Positions 54,331 to 64,000 of a DNA stretch of 64,000 bases are shown here, piece after piece. Below the pieces are notes generated by a model. That model was not told where the DNA came from. It saw only the letters and a program-made list of their open reading frames with translations, and did not search any database. This DNA comes from Octopus sinensis (taxonomy: Eukaryota), in contig NC_043015.1 in assembly GCF_006345805.1 (NCBI RefSeq), positions 4,092,001 through 4,156,000 of the forward strand, in the 5' to 3' direction. Every line of letters starts with the position of its first letter. The stretch's first letter is position 1. The translations under genes and the position numbers were made by a program.

Positions 54331-55864
54331 ACTAAATTTGCTCTTTCTCTTTCGTTGGTTTCTTGCTGCTGAATTGACATTCTGTTGTGTAAGCATTTTG
54401 TTTTACTTCCATATCATTTATTATACTTATCAAATGACATTTGTTTCATTTTAGTCATCTTTCCAATACTTCAGTGTTTATATTCTTGCAGATACCGATG
54501 CGTAAAAGGATTTGCCAACTTTTGTGTAATCTGTCAGCTTTCAGGATGCAAGAAAACTTCGTGATGAAAAATTTTGAATACACTGATTGTTCACAGGCTT
54601 GTCTGTCTGACCTTTTCAAATAAAGTTAAATACCAAAATATTTTGCTTCAAAAGTAGCAAATGCATTTTAGAATGAAACATGCTACAACTTCATAGTCAT
54701 CATTAATGCTGAATTAACATTTTACTCTTAAATTCGAATTTTACTCTTTGATAATTATGTAGTCCATTTTGCTGCAACTATGATATCGCCTCCGTTTACT
54801 TCTAGATAAGAGTACTGTGTTGGTTGGTTTTTAATCTATGATTTCAGTGTCTAATTAAGTTAAATAACACAGTTCTATATTACATGCGTCTTTATGTAGG
54901 GGACTTTTCATGTGTGCCAATGCCCATAATCATTTCTATAACATGAACTTAATAATGCAATTTTTAGTAAACTTAGAACTGTACTCTGTAGGCATATACA
55001 CGTAGTATTTATTTATATATGTCTGTGTATAGAACTAACACCACACTCCATGAGATTACAGAGGTTTCATACAGTAAAAGACAGACTGAGCCTCAATAGA
55101 AAGCCCGAGTGGAACAACAACACCTACCACATACAAACAACGCAACGCGACGGCTAGACGGGAAAAATTTAAACGACAAAACGGCGTAATACACACACAA
55201 AACACTAAGATGCACTGACTTATTATAAATATAAAAACATAGTTAAACAAAAAAACACCAAAAAATGGCACCGAAACAAAGAACATATTATTTCAAACAT
55301 TTATACACACACAAATACACATACAAATACTCATACAGTAACTTTACTAACAGCTAAAATAACAACAATAGCACCAACAACTATAACACGAAAAACAAAA
55401 CTAACACGAACAAAAACAACAACAATAAAAAACGACAGCAAGAGCAAGAAGAACCACGATGGCAGCGAGTAAACGAACTCAGAGATACAGAAGGATACAG
55501 GAACATCATAAAAAGTAAGGGTCAAGTGAGAGAGCAACAGCGAAGGAGAAAACATAGGTGAGAGAAGGGTCAAGTGTCAGTCACAAACACTATAAAAATT
55601 ACGGATATCAACAATGTAGTGGGCAAGACCATACACATACAAATAAACACACAGACGAAACACATAGATTCAACATGCGCAGATAAGGAAACACATCTTA
55701 GAAGGAGCGAATGGATAATGCAGATCAGGAGAGCAGACGCAGACGGAGAGCGTCTCTGAAAAGATCATAGATGGGTGATAAGAGATTGCAGTACAATAGG
55801 ATCAATATAAGATAACATGAGAAGAATTATAAACAAGTGAAGAACCAATGCGTGTGTTTATTTG

Positions 55865-55980
55865 GCTCCAAAAAAAAAAAAGAAAAAGAAAAAACAGAAT
55901 GACTGTTCCGAAGTATGAGAATATCCGTTTTAACACACGGTTTAACATCAGAAATCTTGCAAAGCAAATACAAAAATTAC
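55865..55980 (+). repeat. Fragment homologous to the right arm and tail of the 61024-61280 element
   Basis: aatgact.t.cc...gaatat.c...agaaatcttgcaaa.caaat.caaaaa is shared. Confidence 0.6.
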
Positions 55981-56004
55981 TACATGCATACATACATACA
56001 TACA

Positions 56005-56123
<119 letters not shown>

Positions 56124-56220
56124 TATCTGTGTCCATCCCCTTAGCTTCCCCTTCCCTTTCTCTTTGATAGCTTTAATAGCAGTAACTGATTAAATTCTAC
56201 TTCCTTCCTCCTCTCTCTGT

Positions 56221-56630
56221 GATTCTTGTAAAATTCATTAACAACCTGCACCTCTACAGTATAAGACTGTCACTTTGCTTCTCATTCGGATTCCCTGATA
56301 TTTTCGCATGATTGTACCCTAAATCTCTTCACAAAACTGGATTATGAACTATAAGGACATGCACATATTCTGTAAGTTCAAGACTTTTCATCGGATCTCC
56401 AAGAATCGAACTTATCTACGATTCTTGTAAATTTCAATAACAATCTGTTCCTCTACACGATATGACAGTCACTTTGCTTCTTACTCGGATTTTCAGAAAT
56501 TTTGCATGACTGTATCCGAAAATTTCTTCACACAACTTGATTAGCAATTCATATGAGCTATATGTAGACATGCACAAATTCTGTAAGTTTAAAACCTTTC
56601 ATCGGATCTCCATGAATCGAACTTTCTTCA
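56221..56630. repeat. Diverged tandem duplication, ~199-bp period
   Basis: gattcttgtaaa... at 56221 and 56420; the second copy has a short insertion. Confidence 0.85.
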
Positions 56631-58318
56631 ATGCAGTTAATCTTACACCCTCTTTTTTATCTACCCCTTTTGATGTTTGGGAATTCTCTGATGTTTTTCG
56701 GCTGACGAGTACGAGCCATCTGTATTCACTGCATTTTTTGTAGCTTATAAAGATGTCCTCGTACGAAACGATGGTACCGAGATTTTAATCCATTCTTGTT
56801 GCTTTTTTCCTACACATATATACATATATACATATATACATATATATATATATAATATATATATATATATTATATAATATATATATATAGATATACATAT
56901 ACATATACATATACACATATATTGTTCAAATCACTTTGATTTTCGGATTCCTTGCTACTTAGAATAAATATTTCTGTCGCTCCCTAATACCGTGATATCA
57001 CGTATGATTCTTTGATCAATCGCCGCCAGTCTGCCGGTATCACTCTAGGTCTTTTCTGCACCTCCATATTTTTGCCTCCTTAGGGGCTAAACTCTAAATT
57101 TAGAGAGAGAGAGGCACACACACACATATATACACACATTTACATACGTGGGTATAAATACCAATATGTATATATATTTCTGTATTTCTCTTTCTATTTC
57201 CCTCTCTATTTCTCTCTAAGTTTGTGTATATATATATATATATATACTCGTACGCACACGCACTCACATACACACGGGTCTATACATTGATGCATGTAAC
57301 AACTTTAATTATTTCATCCCAGTTTCAATTCACCTTCTCTGGCTTGATTGTATGGCACAAATGGACCAGGACTACGTAATCGTTGCAGCATTTTTGATCG
57401 TCTTTATTTTCTTTTTCCGTAACAACATTATGCTTTTTAACTTTTGTAATGCCATGGCCGACGGTTTTCGTTAGTATTGGAGTGTTACTATAGAGCGTTT
57501 CCAGCTTTCACACAAATCACACGCTGTCACCCTAATCATTCCTTCTGAATATCATGATGTGCAGCTTAACGCACCATAGGTTTCACCCAAACGGTGCTGT
57601 AAATTGCGTTACACCTCCGTTTCTATAGTTACTTTTCGCCAGACCAGTAATAACCATTTTAAAATATATATGTAATGCTTCTATGAAAACATCAGTAGTA
57701 GATTATCTTGTAGACCCTCGAAATCTTTCTCCTTAAGCAATTGCATGTTTTCCCCAACATCTCAAAGTGTTTGTTTTATTCTCATTCTTAAGTTACTGTA
57801 TATTATTCATATATAATCATCAAATATACTGCGTAAGAGATTGAAGCAGAAAACATAGATACCTTTTTTGGTGAACGTTTCCATAGAACAGTTGCTGCAC
57901 TTCAATTATGTTTGTTCTTTCATTTTTTATCATTTCGGATCTTTTTGTCTATTTTAAATGGCGACTCATCTTTCACCTATTTGTCAAAATTGCGTATATA
58001 TGTTTTTCACAAATTTATGCATTATATTTTGTCTTTTGCTCTTTTCGTTTGGCATTATGTTTATGAGTTACCCTATATAAACTTCATCTCAGCTGCTTGA
58101 TACTAGCACCGCTTTTATCTTACACGGAGCAGTCTATCTATCTGCAGGTAGTTCGTTGAACAGCGTTTCTTACGTGATCCAATTATATTCTGTTCTCGTT
58201 CAGAGATTGCCAATCCCTTTATTCTGATCCATATTATTTAATACTCTATTCTCTTCCACTTTCTTAACTTTTATTTAGATCCACTTCATCCAATTTTGTG
58301 CGCTAAACTGGTTTAGAT

Positions 58319-58319
<1 letters not shown>

Positions 58320-58362
<43 letters not shown>

Positions 58363-58510
58363 TATCATCATCATCAACATCATCATCACCATCACCAACT
58401 TTGTGGTGTACATCGTCGTCGTCATAGTCTTCGTCTTCTTCATCAACGTCACCATCGTATTCAACATCATTCTTCTCCGCATCATCATCATCATCACCAT
58501 CACCTCCTCA
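58320..58510. repeat. (ATC)n-based trinucleotide microsatellite
   Basis: Visible directly; source of the poly-Met ORF. Confidence 0.95.
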
Positions 58511-59599
58511 CCGTCGTCTTTGTCGCCGCCTGTCTCGATTAACACATGACTACCCGAACTATCAAAGTATGCTGCAGAAGTTAGTTTCGTAGCTTCTACA
58601 TGCACAAAGCCTACAAGATTAAACAAACATGCTCACAGCCATAATGGTTCTCATTGGAGAGAGGCTGTCTCTAAATAATAAGGCAATTTCTTATAATGTT
58701 AGAAGTATTTTCGTTCCAATATTGAGAACACAAACTTTCATTATTATTGTCATTCTCCATAAAATCTATTAAATAATCTAACAGTAATCATCCTAATTAT
58801 ACTCAAAGATATATCGTATCAATAATTAATCTAAAGTTCTTAATGATACATGTAGTTTAGTGTTCTTCAACATATTATCTTGTTCTCACTCAAATAGTAT
58901 CGTAAACTTTCTCCTACATTTGTAGAAATTATATATATATATATATGCGCATTTCCTTTGTTGAATAAATTAAGTTGATATCCCCAATATTAATATCCGT
59001 TTTTCTCTCTAATATCTAATATATTGAAATATAAAACAGATAGTAAACGATAAGGATAAAAAATATATAGGGAAAATGAGTATATTGAATTTCTACGCCT
59101 TAAATATTTTTCATGCCATCTTTAATTTCAATTCCTTTCTTCTTATATGATATCTTCTTTCATTCTTATGTTTAGAATTGGAAAAAGTCACTGAAGAATT
59201 AATTGATTTTATAGCAAAAAAATTTAGATACATTTAATTACAGTATTAGAGGGGGCATTATATTAATGGGCTAATTAATCATTTAAGTTGAATGAAAGCT
59301 AAATAATAATGCGTAATGATGCCTTCTGGAGTAAGGCGATTTTTTTTAGTGAATATTGAAATGTATCATAAATAGACAGATAAAGGATCGTAACCTTATA
59401 TGAGATGAAATGTGTTAGTGCTTATTCATTTCGAATATAGACTGTCAGCACAAAGGTAAATATAATTGTGCGGATGAAGATAACCCTACAGACTGAATGT
59501 GAAATATGTAAAAGCAAAATCCCGTAGTTAAATCAATTATAATTTAATTAGTTACGTAGAAATATTTGTATACACACACAGAAACACACACACACACAC

Positions 59600-59649
<50 letters not shown>

Positions 59650-59664
59650 CTCGTTACTCTTTTT

Positions 59665-59985
59665 TATTATTTTACTTGTTTCAGTCATTCCACCGTAGCC
59701 ATGTCGGACCATTGCCTATAGTCGAGCAAATCGACCCCAGGACTTACACTTTGTAAGCCATGTACTTATTCTATCAGTCTCTTTTGCCGAAGCGCTAATT
59801 TACGGGGCTACAAACACACCAGCGTCGGTTGTCAAGCGATCTCGGGGCGACAAACACAAAAACACAAACTTATACACACAAATAAATATATATATATATA
59901 TATAAATGCACAAGGTGCCAGGCAGTGGGCCTGAAGCCGGAACCATGTGGTTGCTAAGCAAGCTACTTACCACACTGCCAGTTCT
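59665..59985 (-). mobile_element. SINE family A with internal deletion
   Basis: Minus-strand head ggtaagtagcttgcttagcaaccacatggttcc...ggcaccttgtgc runs straight into (TA)n; 3' half is retained. Confidence 0.85.
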
Positions 59986-60489
59986 GTATAGATATATATA
60001 TATATATATATTATTACACAAAATGAGATAAATCAAGGCTGTGAGGATTTGTCAGGACTATTATAACCAAACAGATATAAATATTGTTTTACAGCTGTTT
60101 CTGGGATATTATCGATATCCATTTGAAAGACCAACACCGAATCCACGGCTCTATATTTAGAGACGATTAAACATGAACTACTTTTGTAACTTATCTACCA
60201 TGTACAGGAAACTGTTTTACTACTTCTGTACACCACTTTACTCGATTAATCGAACTGCGATATATTTTATTTCTATTTTCATTCTCTTATCCTCCTCCTT
60301 TCCCACAATAATTATTTCCTTATTTAGAACACATTTACCTCTATTTAACCATCTCAAATCTTTGCTGATCAAGGGATACATCTAAGATTTTATCTATATC
60401 TCTTTCCTGATAAATGTCCTGAAAACCCATCACAGCCTTGACTTTGTTATCTCTTTTTATCTGTAATAATTATATATATATATATATAG

Positions 60490-60569
<80 letters not shown>

Positions 60570-61023
60570 TATATATAAGAGAGACAGAGAGACAGATTGA
60601 GATAAATAGATAGATAGACAGACATACATGGCATATAATTACTACTATCAACCATCGGATGGGAAATTTAATACTTAACTGGAGACTGGGTTGAATGCTT
60701 GCTACAAAATATACCCTAGGTGTCAGGTGATGGTATTAAAATTGATAAAAGATTAAGTCTACTACCCAAGTAGGCCATGATGGGATTTGAACACATAGTG
60801 CAAAGTATCAAAACAAAACCACAAGGAATGTATTCGAATGTTCTAACAGGTTCACCAATCCACAGCCTTGGATTTACCATTTTTCCACTGTCCTCAACCC
60901 AGAAAAAAAATTATAACAACCAAAGTTAACCTCAGCAGAATTTTACTCAGGGCGGTACGTTTCTATTAGTGGTGCAAGTGAGACAACCACCTAAAAAGAA
61001 ATAATCTGGAAAAGTAAATCTCT

Positions 61024-61280
61024 ATATTCGGTTGTCTCTGGGGAGAGTCATTTTCTTTTTGTGCCTTATTACGTAACACACTCACCGATAAAATTTCCAC
61101 TTGTTTTTAATTTTAATTTTTATTGTCCTAAAATTAAAAATAAGAAAAACGTGAAATTTTACCGGTAAGTGTGTTACATAATAAGGCACAAAAAGAAAAT
61201 GACTCTCCCCAGACACAACAGAATATGCTTCAACATACGAACTCATATAAAGAATCTTGCAAACCAAATCCAAAAACGAA
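61024..61280. mobile_element. Fold-back element: ~97-bp inverted arms (61024-61120 / 61130-61226) plus tail
   Basis: Inverted repeat is directly visible; related fragments at 13535 and 55865. Confidence 0.85.
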
Positions 61281-61851
61281 ATATAAATCTCTCTGTATAT
61301 AAAACTGTGTATAGTAGGTTTGCTAGCCTTCAACTGACACTATCTCCTCCGAGACCCTGCGGCGCAAGTTGACCAAAATTGAGAGTATGATAGAAGAAGG
61401 CTTGCTCTTTCTTCCGTAGAAGAAAAAATTGAAATCGGACCAAGTTAGCACCAAAAGTTTGAGTAAAAATCGATTATTTTTTGTTTGTATCGTTTGTCGT
61501 TCCCATAACGTGTTGACGCTCTCTTCCAAATCCAATTGGTTACACACAAAATTGATACAACTTTTGTTTTAATTCGGCGTGAATATACTTTATAAGATGA
61601 GTCACACTAAATCATGTTTTGACGTTGCAAATTTACTCGCAGTACATACGCATTGAATGTTGGGCCATCCAAATAGAAGTAGCACATCTAATGTAGGACA
61701 GTCGTAGGTTGTCATGGATAGTCTGAGAAACAGTCATCACTTGTCCTCATTCAGGTCCTAAACGTTCGTTTAATGGCTCAGAGCATCAAACTCCAATACT
61801 CCACTAGAGCTACTTCACTAAACCAAGTGAGGGGATGGTATTAACACTGGT

Positions 61852-62089
61852 TAATAGGCGGCGAGCTGGCAGAAACGTTAGCACGACGGGCGAAATGCTT
61901 AGCCGTGTTTCGTTTACCATTATGTTCTGAGCTCAAATTCCGCCAAGGTCGACTTTGCCTTTCATCCTTTCGGGGTCGATAAATTACGTACCAGTTACGC
62001 ACTGGGGTCGATATAACCGACTTAATCCCTTTGTCTGTCCTTGTTTGTCCCCTCTATGTTTAGCCCCTTGTGGGTAGTAAAGAAATAGA
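61852..62089 (+). mobile_element. SINE family B monomer with perfect 13-bp TSD
   Basis: tattaacactggt at 61839-61851 and 62090-62102. Confidence 0.93.
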
Positions 62090-62490
62090 TATTAACACTG
62101 GTGCAGTCGGCGAAAGACTCCACCTAAATCTTCACAAAGAGTCACCTGCTATAATAGATTAATCTATTCACTCAACGGCCTAATATTTGTGGCCAGCGAG
62201 TGTCTCGCGTATAGCCATGTGGATGACAGTCACAGATTGTAGAGGAATTGGCGCTGTCAAGCGAACTCATACTGGATCACGTACAGGATCGGCCCATCTA
62301 AGAGTGAATAAACATTAATGTTACATATACAATAAGAGCGACCGCAGACTGAAGATAAGTTGCAAAATCTGGGTTTGCCACTTCGAGAGATACGGAGGAA
62401 GATAGCACACACACCAACATTATACTCGAAGTAGTAAAATTTGATTAGCTAATGTGCGTGTAGCATTCCAACAAAAGAGATGCTTCTAAT

Positions 62491-63295
62491 AAAGCGGTGA
62501 GCTAGCAGAATCGTTAGCACGCCGGGCGAAATGCTTAGCGGTATTTCGTCTGCCGCAACGTTCTGAGTTTCAAATTCCGCTGACATCGACTTTACTTTTC
62601 ACCCTTTCGGGGTCGATAAAGTAAGTACCAGTTACGAATTGGGGTCGATATAATCGACTTAATCCGTTCGTCTGTCCTTGTATGTCCCCTCTGTTTTTAG
62701 ACCCTTGTGGGTACTAAAAAAAAAGGTATTTCATCCGCCGCAACGTTCTGAGTTTCAAATTCCGCCGAGGTCGAATTTGCCTTTCATACATTCGGGATCG
62801 ATTAAATAAGTACCAGTTACGCACTGGGGTCGATATAATCTGTCTGCCTGTCCTTGTTTGTCCTTGCTGTGTTAGCCCATTGTGGGTAGTAAAGAAATAG
62901 GTATTTCGTCTGTCTTTACGTTCTCAGTTAAAATTCCGCCGATGTCAACATTGTCTTTCCTCCTTTAGGGATCGATTAAATAAGTACCAGTTAAGCACTG
63001 GGGTCGATACAATCGTCTCAATGAGTTTTCTGTCCCCGATTGCCTCCTCTGTCTGTAGCCCCTTGTGGGAAGTAAAGAAATAAGAAACGTTTGTACGCCG
63101 GGTGAAATACTTAACGGCCGTTCGTCTGTTTTTACGTTCTCAGTTCAAATTCAGCCGCTGTCAGATTTGCCTTTCTTCATTCGGGGTCGATTAATCACGT
63201 ACCGCTTGTGTAGTGAGGTCGATCTAATCGAATGCCCGTTTCCCTCCCATAAACATTATGGGCATTTTGTCTAGATTAAGAAGGATAATAGATAT
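62491..63295 (+). mobile_element. Head-to-tail multimer of SINE family B (four units)
   Basis: Units start at ~62491, 62725, 62900 and 63083; units 2 and 3 re-enter at the internal ggtatttc motif. Confidence 0.88.
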
Positions 63296-64000
63296 TTCTT
63301 GTAATTTCTTGTCCAAAAGGCATTTGAATATTTATCATAATTAGAAATAACAGAAGATTATTGCTACAATTATATATCATGTTCTTTATTTTTTGACGAT
63401 GTTTAAGTTTCTAATCCAGTAGGTTATATGAACAAATGTTTCATAAATTTATAGTTGGAAAGTCGGCCAATATGACTTTCTATATTGCTTTGCTATTGAC
63501 ATGGATATGCTTTTATAAGATGCGCCAGTTCATTTCATGCAGTGATTTTACCATGTTATTCTTTTCCCCTTAGAGTGTTTTAAATGAAAATAGTGTATAT
63601 CATGTGATAAGCTTATTTAAATTTGGAGAGGTAGCTTAAATAATTTCTAATTGTAATAATTTACACATAAAATAATTTTATTTTCTTTGTGTATTTGTAT
63701 ATTTGAAACAATAAACAATATTTAACAATCTTTGTTCCTATCAACTATCTTAATTCCTGGAACATACTTACCATTCTCTCTGCATTTATTTTCTCACAAC
63801 ATATATCAATATTTTCTTACACGGAGAAAAATTCACCAGTCTGAGTTCTAACGCTTGCACAAATATCCATCTCCTCTAATGCTTTTATTACGTACATTAC
63901 TATACTTTTATTTAAATACAAAAGAAACAGAACGTATTTACTTCTATATTAGAGATATTGAATCTACATGTTTTTATGAATCTAAATTATTTTCCTTCAT

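Noticed and set aside
55060-55760. A/C-skewed region with MAASKRTQRY... and an apparent GTAAGG donor
   Set aside because: Degenerate (AAC)n low-complexity context and no corroborating exon
56221-56630. Apparent third-position bias between the tandem copies, suggesting coding
   Set aside because: Both copies share in-frame stops in the relevant frames on either strand

Overview
AT-rich, microsatellite-saturated eukaryotic DNA, most likely intronic or intergenic octopod (Octopus-like) sequence. The taxon is inferred from the recurring tRNA-derived SINE families. I could not identify any host protein-coding exon with confidence, and most listed ORFs are microsatellite translations. The window holds three SINE families (my labels A, B, C) and decayed autonomous retroelements: a Penelope-like RT/GIY-YIG element, two R4/Dong-type fragments, a Tx1/L1-type ORF2 and a CR1-type 3' end. 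It also holds Helitron-like relics and one 100-N gap. Two things stand out. (1) A complete 2.2-kb retroposon at 44304-46495 encodes only a zinc-knuckle ORF1 with no RT. It has a perfect 16-bp target-site duplication and sits inside the tRNA-like head of a SINE. (2) Several unrelated fold-back elements, mostly at (TA)n or AT-rich sites, carry minimal hammerhead-ribozyme motifs, sometimes on both strands, and the Penelope element's 3' end has a similar relic. All family names come from motif recognition by eye and need database confirmation.
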